A DNA stretch of 63,651 bases, the filler included, from Octopus bimaculoides (taxonomy: Eukaryota): assembly GCF_001194135.2 (NCBI RefSeq). It is 5 parts of 5 records of this genome, joined end to end, with 100 filler letters (N's around TTAATTAATTAA, not from the genome) between each part and the next. Parts side by side here need not be neighbours in the genome. Positions count along the whole stretch, not along the records: positions 48,221 to 55,313 come from NW_026370972.1; positions 55,414 to 59,557 come from NC_068999.1; positions 59,658 to 63,651 come from NW_026300905.1; 2 more parts are not named here. One strand, given 5' to 3'. How positions within the stretch are numbered: position 1 is the first letter of the stretch; every line of letters starts with the position of its first letter. This document shows positions 53,379 through 63,651 of the stretch, in pieces. The notes below the pieces were generated by a model. It worked only from the letters and a program-made list of their open reading frames with translations. It searched no databases and was not told where the DNA came from. The position numbers were made by a program, and so were the translations under genes.

Positions 53379-53425
53379 TCTTACAGCTGTTTCAGGGAAA
53401 ATCCAAAGTATCCCTTCATCGGAGA
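53379..53425 (-). ncRNA. Minimal type I hammerhead ribozyme motif with a core variant (CCGAUGA)
   Basis: TCT-CCGATGA-AGGGA(12 nt)TCCCT-GAAAC-AGCT-GTA^AGA. Stem II is 5 bp, stem III contains the palindrome CAGCTG, and stem I is 3 bp. Confidence 0.6.
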
Positions 53426-54234
53426 TGGTAATAGTAGAGGAATAGATTATTGCATCTATAAGAGGAGATTTGTAGTAGGAAGTGAGAGCGATATGCTGAA
53501 AAAAGAACAAAGAAAAAACAGTACTTGGAGTGTAGCTTCATTCCAGCAGTAAACGTCCATGTGAGGAATCCTTGTGGGTATTTTCCGGAGATAATTGTAG
53601 TAGCAAAGGTGGATATATATCATATCGTATCTAGTGTACTCTGTGCTTTTTACTCAAAGGATAGCCCAAATCAAGTGAGAGATGTGTGTAGGGTTAAGAC
53701 AGAAAGGAAGGGGGTGGGGGAAGAAGTAATTCAAGTGAGAAATAGTAGTAAGCAGTTGTATGGTCAGTTATTCTGACAAGACAAAAGAAGAAGTAGAGGG
53801 AGCAAAAGGAAGAATGTGGGTGGTGGAGGCATAAGTTTAGTAAGGAAGAAGGAATGTGAGGAGGTAATGTGGAGAGGTATTTATATTGTGTACAGTGTCA
53901 GGCTATGAACCTATAAGTGGTGAGGGTGTAGATGGCATTCTAAAAACCATATTAAGGAAATAAGAGAATTAGTAGTGATATGTTCTAAAAATAGAGCTAA
54001 ACCTATTTTGAAGATGGTAGAAGGACCAGATGTTACCTAGGGTTGATTTGGGTTATCAATAGGGAGCCTGCCAGTGGTGGTGGTGTTGGTGGCAAAGGAA
54101 AGTATAAAGGAAATAAATTAAGAAAAAAGATTTAGTAGTGATAAGATCTAAAAAAGAAATAAATCTATTCTAAAGAAGGTAGAACGGGGACTAGTTTTCT
54201 AGGTCGAATAGGTTACCTATAGGGAGTTGTGTGA

Positions 54235-54666
54235 TTATGTTGTGTGGTCATTTGTGCATTTGTGTCTGTGATAGAATTTGAATGTATGGAAAAAATGGTG
54301 ATTGCAGGTGCTAAATACTTCGTTATATTGATTAAGTAGAGTGGGAGACTTGTATTTTAAAATATCGAACGCCTCCTTTAAGCAGAGCTTGCAATTAGAG
54401 CACTGGCCCTGGTATGGAATTCCAGAGTCTAGGATGGACCATTTTAAAGTATGCTGGGTATTTGTGCTTTTGAGGTGATGAATGCGGTTGGCTAGTATTG
54501 TAGATTTACTGTGTTTGTCATATCTAAAAGAGTGCAAATGGGCTGCGTAGCGTTGCTTGAAGTTTTTAGTTGAACCTATGTATGTAGCTGTAGAGTTATG
54601 TAACAGATTGGTTACAGTGCATTTATATATTACACTAGCAGAGCAACCCGGGAATGAAATTGTTGC
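54235..54666 (-). pseudogene. Penelope-type GIY-YIG endonuclease, stop-free for 143 codons
   Basis: SFPGCSASVIYKCTV...TYIGSTKNFKQRYAAHLHSF...ST.LA..IHHLK...LKWSIL...CKLCLKE...LLNQYNE..STCNH. Confidence 0.88.
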
Positions 54667-55313
54667 TTATATACTGGAAGGAAATAAGCAAAATATGCTG
54701 TATAGAAATCTGAGGACATTCTGTAGATGGACTCTCAGATGAATGATGACTGGACACCTCTCATGAATTGGAAAATTGAAGATGCGGCAAAAAGCCTCAT
54801 TGGTACTTGGAAACTTTTACGAAAATTAAAATGTGACTTAAATGAAAAAAATGATTTACGTGAATATCCTCACAAGAGTAATTGAAATAAATTGCGATTG
54901 TGGAACCCCTCACGCACGCACGAAAGCACACACGCACGCGCACGCACAGAGCATCACACATCAGATGAAATGGAAGTGTGTGTGTGTGTGTGTGACAGAC
55001 AGAGAGAGAGGTTTGTTGTCATGTATACGTACATGCATAAATATGCATACATCTTTGTGTGCGTGTGTATGAGAGAGAGAGAGAGTAAATCTATACTATA
55101 TATAAAACAGAGATGTGTGTGTAATCGACTTCACCAAATGCTTCCATACTTGTGATGCGTGAATAATTTGACCTTGGATAAATGTTAGGCTCTTCATTTG
55201 ATTTTTTTTATCTCTAATTAAAAATAAATACTATTGCTTTATATTTAAGATTCACTTCTTTAAAAAGGTTCCTCAATGTCAACTTCCGGTATTGACGTAA
55301 CAACGGCAAAAAG

Positions 55314-55413
55314 NNNNNNNNNNNNNNNNNNNNNNNNNNNNNNNNNNNNNNNNNNNNTTAATTAATTAANNNNNNNNNNNNNNNNNNNNNNNNNNNNNNN
55401 NNNNNNNNNNNNN
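55314..55413. other. Assembly spacer N44-TTAATTAATTAA-N44
   Basis: Exact 100-bp structure. Confidence 0.95.
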
Positions 55414-56516
55414 CTACCACTACCACCACCAACAACAACAACAACACTACCACCACCACTACCACTACCACCACCACCAACAACAACAACACTACCACCA
55501 CCACTACCATCAACAACGTCCACAATAATAGCATCAGTAATCTCCATTAAATTAACTGTTCACCATTAATTATATAAATCATTGTTGTAGTTAACCTCAT
55601 ATTTTGGCTTTCATTTATTACGATATTGCCGCCATTTGCAATTTAGTATGATTTAGTGAGAGACAGCATTAATCGTTGTCTTTTAGTTTTAGTGGTGGTT
55701 TTAACTGCTTTAAGTTGATGGGGTTCCTACAGGATTTCTCCAACCACCTGCGAATGTGAAGAAGCAAACCAGATTATTGAGTACTGCCTTGTCTGCTCTC
55801 TGCTACACAATCTCTGTTGGTTCACAGATCTTGCAGACTTCAATGAAAATGTAAAGTGCGGTGCGGAGTGGTGAGAAACTGTTGTATGAACAAAATATTT
55901 GCTTCAAAGAAGCGAAAACATCTGCAAAGCAACAGAGTGTATAATTCTTCGCTACACGTTTTTGCTCTACGTGTTCGTGTAGTCTCGAGCAGACACAGTT
56001 ATCCTCTCGTTGTCCAACTTGTTATAACGCCAAGCGGGAGAAAATACTTGTACCCAGCATTTAATGGATATTTTATTTTATTGATACTATAGCGGTGATT
56101 CGAGACCGAAACGTTAGGTAACCTGTCATACATCACAACCGAACCACAATAATTCACGCGATCGGTCTATTAAGCAACCAATCAACATGAAGTCATCGTG
56201 TGATTCAAATCTTCTTAAATCTTCTTGTGCCTTATAATAAGGCCGCCTTTCGTGGTAAATGCAGAATGCTGAGGCAGTTGTGCAATCTGTCTCCGTTCTT
56301 GCCACAGCTAGACGACCCAGGAAGACAGTCAGTTAAGACAGATGGCAGATAGATGATAGGTAACACCGTCGCCACGGATATAGCACAATTGTTTCTAGTT
56401 ATGCTGGGCCAACGATACATTCCTGTATTAGTGAGCTTGTCGCAAAGTCCAAGCAGTATATCTCTCCTCGTACGTAATTGTTCAGTTGAAACTCTGTAAG
56501 CAATGATAAAATCTTC

Positions 56517-56643
56517 AGGCGCAGGAGTGGCTGTGTGGTAAGCAGCTTGCTTCTCAACCACATGGTTCCGGGTTCAGTCCCACTGCGTGGCACCTCGGGC
56601 GAGCGTTTTCTACTATATAGTTTCGGGCCGACCAAAGCCTTGT
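56517..56643 (+). mobile_element. SINE-B 5' half (tRNA-like head plus CORE-like segment), 3'-truncated
   Basis: ggcgcaggagtggctgtgtggtaagcagcttgcttctcaaccacatggttccgggttcagtcccactgcgtggcacctcgggc...gggccgaccaaagccttgtg. Confidence 0.88.
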
Positions 56644-57204
56644 GCGAAATTTAGTTGTTATTTCTAGTAGTTCAAGCGACCACGTAGAGACCCCTTGGTT
56701 AAATTTAGGTGAAGTAGTTTTGAGGTGAGTCGTGAGTAAGATATGCAGAGTTGTATTGATTAAGCTTCAGGCTTTCCACCCATGAACATCCCATTTTTTT
56801 CCGATGTGTAAGGGACCCAGAACCACATTATTTAACGCAGTCGATCGACAATGTCAACAACGCTTAAAGGTTGCTGCAATAGTCGCAGTGGTACAATTGG
56901 GTGACATTCGTACCTTTATCATTAATATAATCTGCAAAAGGCGTGTCTGCGTCTATGTGAGCATGCGCGCGCGCGCGTGTGTGTGCAGTTATTTCATCAT
57001 CTTTGTCATTGTCATCATCTTTGTTAAAATTGGAATCGATGTCGTTGTTGCTGTGTTATTGCTGAAGTCCCTGTGTTGTTGCTTTTTGTTGTTGCTGTTG
57101 TTGTCGTTCGAGCCAGCATTGATGACAGTCGAGTTGTAACACATTCTCCGATCAAACATACGAACAGCTGTTGTAGTGGAATCCGTCGTCACGTCACCAT
57201 TACA

Positions 57205-57243
<39 letters not shown>

Positions 57244-57584
57244 TCTCACCCTCACGCTTGCTCTATCTTTCCTTGCTCTATCATCACTCCAGCTAATTCT
57301 CTATCTGTCTAACTCACTCTCTCACTGTGTCCTTCTCTCTCTTACTCTCTCTCTCTCACCAACGACCCCACCCGCTGCCTCACTCTGTGGCAATCTCCAA
57401 CAGATATTCGTATTTCGTTACAAAATGTATCAGTCAAACTGTCTTTCACAGATCACAACTCTGTGATTTACATGCACGACTCAACCAAACGGCTTAGTTG
57501 GGGATGATTAAGATGGCATGCTTTAGCAGATGGTACAGGAATAAAACTTGGCCAGGTAGTTACACTCTTTGATACCATTCATTC

Positions 57585-57659
<75 letters not shown>

Positions 57660-57739
57660 CTCAATCTATCTATATCTTTCTGTCTCTCTGTCTTTCTCCG
57701 TCTCTCTGTCTCTGTCTCTCACTCACTCACTTACTCTCA

Positions 57740-57782
<43 letters not shown>

Positions 57783-58252
57783 CATATATAACATTTACAC
57801 TCACACTTATACATACACATATTTAATGCATACACAAACTCACCAATTCTTAGCGTGGGTGTACAGACAGAACGGGGAGAGAGGAGGAGGCAGAGACAAA
57901 GCTACACACACACACACACACACACACACATACTTATAAATCCCCATGCGCATGCACACATCAATACTTAAAGAAATTCAAACGTGTGCATGCGTACGTG
58001 TGTATCCACATGAATACGCAATCTTATACAGACAACACATATACACACATACATACACTAACACGTGCGTACATATACACACACATACAGACACACACAA
58101 CCACAGTTGCACACAAACAGACAGACAGACAGACACACATGTATGATTCTGCTTGATGTCAGTCACCGCATCCTCCATCCTCCGACGTTATTCACGAAAT
58201 CTAAATACTTAACACGTACAGCCATATGTATACAGCTGTATCTAGTAAACTG

Positions 58253-58283
<31 letters not shown>

Positions 58284-58721
58284 GCACACACACATATGTA
58301 TATATATGCATATATGTGTGCGAGTGTGAATCTGATGTCCGTGTATATGTGTGATAGTATGTGTGTGTGTGTGTTCGTGTTTCAGCATTTTCCTTATAGA
58401 ATGTTGATCGTATAAAAGTATGGAACGCTATAAAACTGAGCAGCAGATGAGCCGAGTGCCGAGGACAAGATAAATATTTGAAGGTACGCGGATTTACAAG
58501 ACAGCATCTTAATCCTGACAGATTCGGTTAATGAGAGATTAAAAGTTTTAGCCTAGATTTACATTGGGAAATATATTTGCATATTTTTGCCTAAATTATT
58601 ATTGCCTCTCAATTTTAGTGACTTTTGATTAGCAGAAGACACGTTAAATCTTCGTAGAACACACGTTATATCTTTCAATCTGTCTATCTATCTATCTATC
58701 TATCTATCTATNNNNNNNNNN

Positions 58722-58774
<53 letters not shown>

Positions 58775-58825
58775 GACTAACTATGTGCAATATAATATTG
58801 ACTGTGTGTTAAAGTGCGTGACTGA

Positions 58826-58924
<99 letters not shown>

Positions 58925-59205
58925 TTTGTGTTCACATATCGTTCAACAATTTCTGTTTGTTTATCTGCACATAACTAATACCAAACCAGTACTGTTTGCG
59001 TGTGTATATGATATATATATATACATATATATATATAGAATCATGGGCTTAATGTGTGTACTTTACGCCATAGATATTTAAAACTATCGAGAGACGCGAA
59101 ATAATTCGATTTCTTTTTAACTGTGGAAAGAACAAAGCTTCTAAACTGGATAAAGAAATTGAAAGGATCGCTTTCCACCAATGCTAGCACATCTGTCATG
59201 CTTAC

Positions 59206-59332
59206 TGACAATGTGAGTTCGAGTTCCTGGGACAGACCATCGAAATGTTTTATTTGTAACCCAATCTTCACATGCTATTATTGGTAACTTCATCTACTTC
59301 GAGTTCTACACCGATTTCCCCAGACAGCACTC
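59206..59332 (-). other. Candidate 127-nt exon of an unidentified transcript
   Basis: Strong acceptor ttccgttctgttagtctgtttttgcag| and donor TCA|gtaagc in non-repetitive sequence. No product recognised. Confidence 0.3.
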
Positions 59333-59480
59333 CTGCAAAAACAGACTAACAGAACGGAAGTAGAAGTTTTCGTTAAAGGGAGCCGTTCCTCACCAAATGA
59401 CATTCCAAAGATTATTTATTAGACGTGGAGCATAGAAGATTGAAGGGGATGGCATTACCTTAATTCCTTCATTACGGTCG

Positions 59481-59557
<77 letters not shown>

Positions 59558-59657
59558 NNNNNNNNNNNNNNNNNNNNNNNNNNNNNNNNNNNNNNNNNNN
59601 NTTAATTAATTAANNNNNNNNNNNNNNNNNNNNNNNNNNNNNNNNNNNNNNNNNNNN
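59558..59657. other. Assembly spacer N44-TTAATTAATTAA-N44
   Basis: Exact 100-bp structure. Confidence 0.95.
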
Positions 59658-59692
<35 letters not shown>

Positions 59693-59714
59693 TATACGCA
59701 CATATGTGTATATT

Positions 59715-59903
59715 TTTGTGTGCTTGTGTTTGTGCCATCACGATCGCTTGACCACCGATGCTGGTCACCGTCACTTAGACGTTCGGCAAAAGCGTGCGAT
59801 AGAATAAGTACTAGGCTTACAAAGATTAAGTCCTTGATCCGGTTTGTCCGACTGAAAGTATGGCCGCAGTCAAAATGATTGAAACAAATAAAAGACTAAA
59901 AGA
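59715..59903 (+). mobile_element. SINE-B 3' half, diverged
   Basis: cgcttgaccaccgatgctgg...gttcggcaaaagcgtgcgatagaataagtactaggcttacaaag...tggccgcagtcaaaatgattgaaac. Confidence 0.85.
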
Positions 59904-60401
59904 ATACATATATGTATGTATCTAAGTATGTATGTATTTATGTATGTAGGAATGTATGTATATTGGTTTCTGGACTGTTGTCACCCTACAACATTGAAGC
60001 CCATTCCGAAAAATTAATACACTTTTTCTCAACAACGTGATGCGGAATTCTTCTGCCAATTGACCGGCTAGAAATTGTAGCCAAATCTCACTCCACTTTC
60101 GCGACTACCGCCATAGATATCCATCCAATCCCTTTTATATGAAATTGCGTAATTTTCAAGGTATGAATATCTCTAAGTAAACTTAGCGTTCGTCGCCCTG
60201 CTGGGGGAAACAATAACAGCCTCAACATGCGACAACAGCGTTATCATATAATACAAATGAGTATTAAGTGAAATAGACCTGGATCTGTGCTTATGAACCT
60301 CTTTATTATCCCATTACTTCCAATTTCTTCACTGTCCCATTGTTTAGCCGATAGTCTGCTGAACTGTCTTCAAATGTATGGGCACCTCTCTCTCTCTCTT
60401 G

Positions 60402-60477
<76 letters not shown>

Positions 60478-60991
60478 NNNNNNNNNNNNNNNNNNNNNNN
60501 NNNNNNNNNNNNNNNNNNNNNNNNNNNNNNNNNNNNNNNNNNNNNNNNNNNNNNNNNNNNNNNNNNNNNNNNNNNNNNNNNNNNNNNNNNNNNNNNNNNN
60601 NNNNNNNNNNNNNNNNNNNNNNNNNNNNNNNNNNNNNNNNNNNNNNNNNNNNNNNNNNNNNNNNNNNNNNNNNNNNNNNNNNNNNNNNNNNNNNNNNNNN
60701 NNNNNNNNNNNNNNNNNNNNNNNNNNNNNNNNNNNNNNNNNNNNNNNNNNNNNNNNNNNNNNNNNNNNNNNNNNNNNNNNNNNNNNNNNNNNNNNNNNNN
60801 NNNNNNNNNNNNNNNNNNNNNNNNNNNNNNNNNNNNNNNNNNNNNNNNNNNNNNNNNNNNNNNNNNNNNNNNNNNNNNNNNNNNNNNNNNNNNNNNNNNN
60901 NNNNNNNNNNNNNNNNNNNNNNNNNNNNNNNNNNNNNNNNNNNNNNNNNNNNNNNNNNNNNNNNNNNNNNNNNNNNNNNNNNNNNNNNNNN

Positions 60992-61038
<47 letters not shown>

Positions 61039-61051
61039 TGCATGTATGTAT

Positions 61052-61365
61052 GTATGTCATTATTCAGTTTTTATTTCAAGATTTCTTGCCAATAGAGAAA
61101 GAGCCGGTTTTTAATCTAGGTCCAAGGCTTCATCAACCACAACACATACATGTATTTTACATGTATGTGTGTACATGTGCAGTATTTGGAATTGGTGCAT
61201 GTGCAGATATGCATGTTTGTTTTATGTATATATTCTCATGCATCTCGTTGCATGTCTGGACATGCGCATATATACTTCAATGATAAACTCCTGGAAAGTT
61301 TTACAACCTTTCAAGATTCCAGTGATGGCTTGAATCTGTTCTCTTTGAATCAGCTTTCCCCTTTC
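61052..61365 (+). repeat. Dispersed repeat family F, copy 2
   Basis: Aligns with 30786-31080 on both sides of an internal variable simple repeat. Confidence 0.8.
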
Positions 61366-61444
61366 ACGTTTTGAGAAGCCTAATTCCTCAAAACCGGTAC
61401 TTAATCAATGTGCTACAGTAGGTATGTTTGTATGTATGTTTGTA

Positions 61445-61732
61445 TTTCTTTAATTTGCTTCAGTCATTTGACTGCGGCCATGCTGCAGTACCGCTTTTAG
61501 TCGAACAAATCGACCCCAGGACCTAAACACACCAACATCGGTTGTCAAGCGATGGTGGGGGTACAAATACAGACAAACAAACACAGACATATATCTGTCC
61601 ACCAAATCCACTCACAAGGTTTTGGTCGGCCCGAGGCTATAGTAGAAGATATTTGCCCACGGAGCAGTGGGACTGAACCCGGAACCATGTGGTTGGTAAG
61701 CAAGCTACTTACTATATGGCCACTCCTGCGCC
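61445..61732 (-). mobile_element. SINE-B, near full length, with the central microsatellite deleted
   Basis: Head ggcgcaggagtggccatatagtaagtagcttgc... and 3' end cagcatggccgcagtcaaatgactgaagc. The two halves are joined by only ~20 bp. Confidence 0.88.
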
Positions 61733-61803
61733 TGTGTGTATCAAATTAACTAAAGTCATTGACGTTTTGAGAATAGGCTTTTCAGGATGCTGACACTTCT
61801 CAT

Positions 61804-61829
61804 CTGATGATGCCAACCACTGGCGAAAC
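61804..61829 (+). ncRNA. Hammerhead-like core (partial)
   Basis: CTGATGA-T-GCCA(accac)TGGC-GAAAC. Stems I and III are not convincingly recoverable. Confidence 0.35.
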
Positions 61830-62136
61830 TTTGAAGCCGTTCTTTCTAAAATTATATAAAATATCGGACTTTCCCTTCTTTTTTTTTTTTTTGTAGTTAA
61901 ATTTCAGTTTTTTATGCTTCAAAGGGATTCCTAATAAATATGCATATTTATTAATATGTATATAGATATATATTTGTTTTGCAAGATTTTTTATGTGAAA
62001 TCGTGTGTTGAAACAGATGTTGTTGTACTTGGGGATGGTCATATTGCCAATTTAGATAATAAAAACACACGCACTGTATATTTGGTGTTAATTTGCTTCA
62101 GCTTTATATTACATTACATTACATTAATCATATTTC

Positions 62137-62181
62137 GGCCAGAGTTCTTTCGTCACACTTCTGTGACCTCATCAGTGGTCC
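62137..62181 (-). ncRNA. Minimal type I hammerhead ribozyme motif
   Basis: GGACCA-CTGATGA-G-GTCACA(GAAG)TGTGAC-GAAAG-AA-CTC^TGGCC. Stem II is a perfect 6 bp, stem I is 5 bp with a bulge, and the CUC triplet fits NUH. Confidence 0.6.
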
Positions 62182-62611
62182 TTTGCTTTCTTCTTTCTTA
62201 TGTGTGTCCCTCCTTGCTAACGATCAGCCATTTTGTATTTTGTATTCCTATTGTATGTGTTTACGCATGCGTATCCCTCTATGTGTGTCTATGTTTTATA
62301 TATACATATATATATATATATATACCGTATTTTAACGTGCGTAAGGAACCCTTGTGTTTAAGGAATCCCCTACTTTTGGGGGGTTAAAATTTGGAAAAAT
62401 GGTTTTGTAAGGGATTATAAGACTGTCCATATACAAGAAACTCGCGTCTTTGCCTCATGTTAGTTTCTCGCCGCTGGACAAAGCGTGCTGGTTGGCTTGC
62501 ATTCCCCGTAACTTAGCTTTTCGGCAAAAGGAGACCAGAGATTGAGTACCTGACTTGAAATAATTACTGCTGTGGATATGAAGGATCCAAGTCATTGTAA
62601 GTGCCCACAAT

Positions 62612-62648
62612 TTTGACGCGCTACCTATTCTGCCAGCTCGCTGCCTTA
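62612..62648 (-). mobile_element. Isolated SINE-A head (third unit of the tandem cluster)
   Basis: aggcagcgagctggcagaataggtagcgcgtc. Confidence 0.6.
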
Positions 62649-62661
62649 ATAACGATGGTAA

Positions 62662-62861
62662 ACCTTTCTACAATAAGCACAAGGCCTGAAATTTTATGGG
62701 AGGGTGACTAATTGATTATATTGACTCCACTGTTTCACTGGTACTTAATATATCGATCCCGAAAGGACGAAAGGCAAAGTCGACCTCGGCGGAATTTGAA
62801 CTCAGAACGTAAAGACAGACGAAATACTGCTAAGCATTTCGCCTGGCGTGCTAACGTTTCT
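62662..62861 (-). mobile_element. SINE-A with the standard 3' end, head starting at agaaacgttagc
   Basis: Matches the family A body and the ggccttgtgcttattgtagaaagg terminus. Confidence 0.9.
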
Positions 62862-62862
62862 T

Positions 62863-63095
62863 ATTTCTTGATTGCCCACAAGGGGCTACACATAGCGGGG
62901 ACAAACAAGGCCAGACAAACGGATTAAGTCGATTATATCGACCCCAGTGCGTAACTGGTACTTATTTAATCGACTCCGAAAGGATGAAAGGCAAAATCGA
63001 CCTCGGCGGAATTTGAACTCAGAACGTAGCAGCAGACGAAATACCGCTAAGCATATCGCCCGGCGTGCTAACGTTTCTGCCAGCTCGCCGACCTT
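62863..63095 (-). mobile_element. SINE-A variant with an alternative, Tx1-like 3' tail
   Basis: Family A head and body up to tataatcgact, then taatccgtttgtctggccttgtttgtccccgctatgtgtagccccttgtgggcaatcaagaaat. Confidence 0.88.
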
Positions 63096-63109
63096 AACGA
63101 TAATAAAGG

Positions 63110-63300
63110 CTTGAAATTTAGGCACAAATCCAGCAACTTCAAGGAGGAGGATGGTTGATTACAACGACTCCAGTGTTCTGTTGGTGCCTATTTTATTGAT
63201 CCCAGTGGAAATAAATGCAAAATTAACCTCAGCAGGATTTGAGCATAGAATATAAAGAGCAAGAGGAATATTGCAAAGCATTTTGTCCGATATTTTAACG
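63110..63300 (-). mobile_element. Old degenerate SINE-A-like copy
   Basis: gaaatttaggcacaaatccagc...ttttattgatccc...gcaaaattaacctcagcaggatttgagc...gcaaagcatttt follows the family A minus-strand layout. Confidence 0.6.
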
Positions 63301-63593
63301 ATCCGTCAATAACATCAACGTCTAAGATGTCTATAAAGTGAGGAGGGATTTCGTCTACTTGACCAAATTATTGCACAATTGCAGAGATATCTCTAAGGTT
63401 CCACAATAAGCATGAGAAGAAAAGCTGTCTGGCAAATATGTGGCTGTCTTTGACAAAAGTGTGTGTGTGCGTGTGTGCGTGCGTGTATGATAGAGTCTTG
63501 ATGTTCCTGTATGTTTGTTTCATCGTGTATATATGTATAACTAGCGTCTGTGCATGGGCTTTTGTATATATGTGTATTTGTTTACTTTTCGTT

Positions 63594-63651
<58 letters not shown>

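Larger units (their letters stand above)
53230..54720 (-). mobile_element. Penelope-like element 3' part (GIY-YIG endonuclease plus pLTR-like region); boundaries approximate
   Basis: GIY-YIG reading frame followed ~800 bp downstream on the same strand by a hammerhead motif. Confidence 0.7.

Noticed and set aside
56085-56120. Hammerhead-like GGT..ACC-GAAAC-GTT^AGG
   Set aside because: The CUGANGA box is missing, so it is at most a decayed PLE relic and not callable.
59041-59271. 76-aa ORF MKIGLQIKHFDGLSQELELTL as a standalone gene
   Set aside because: It starts at GTG right after stops, has no recognisable domain, and a splice donor falls within it. Kept only as part of a low-confidence exon candidate.

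Overview
Eukaryotic, AT-rich, microsatellite- and transposon-saturated genomic DNA with many N gaps. The repeat repertoire looks like an octopus (coleoid cephalopod) draft assembly; this is my recognition from memory, not a database result. No cellular protein-coding gene can be recognised. Nearly all ORFs in the track are simple-repeat or N-gap artefacts, and only weak candidate exons are visible. Supported content: several tRNA-headed SINE families (called A, B and C here), two other dispersed repeats (D, E) and one unclassified repeat (F). Decayed non-LTR retrotransposons are present (two L1/Tx1-like, two RTE, two CR1-like, one R4/Dong-like RLE fragment). There is also a mariner transposase relic, a Helitron helicase relic, MITEs, a Penelope-like GIY-YIG element with a minimal hammerhead motif, further hammerhead motifs, and four 100-bp scaffold joins containing a TTAATTAATTAA linker. 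The most interesting observation links two loci. A 5'-truncated Tx1-like LINE (40557-43076) sits inside the tRNA-like head of a SINE-A copy. A SINE-A variant at 62863-63095 ends in the same 33-nt 3' terminus as this LINE (29/33 identical, conserved hairpin) and also abuts a SINE-A head. This suggests a candidate LINE/SINE pair that targets SINE heads.
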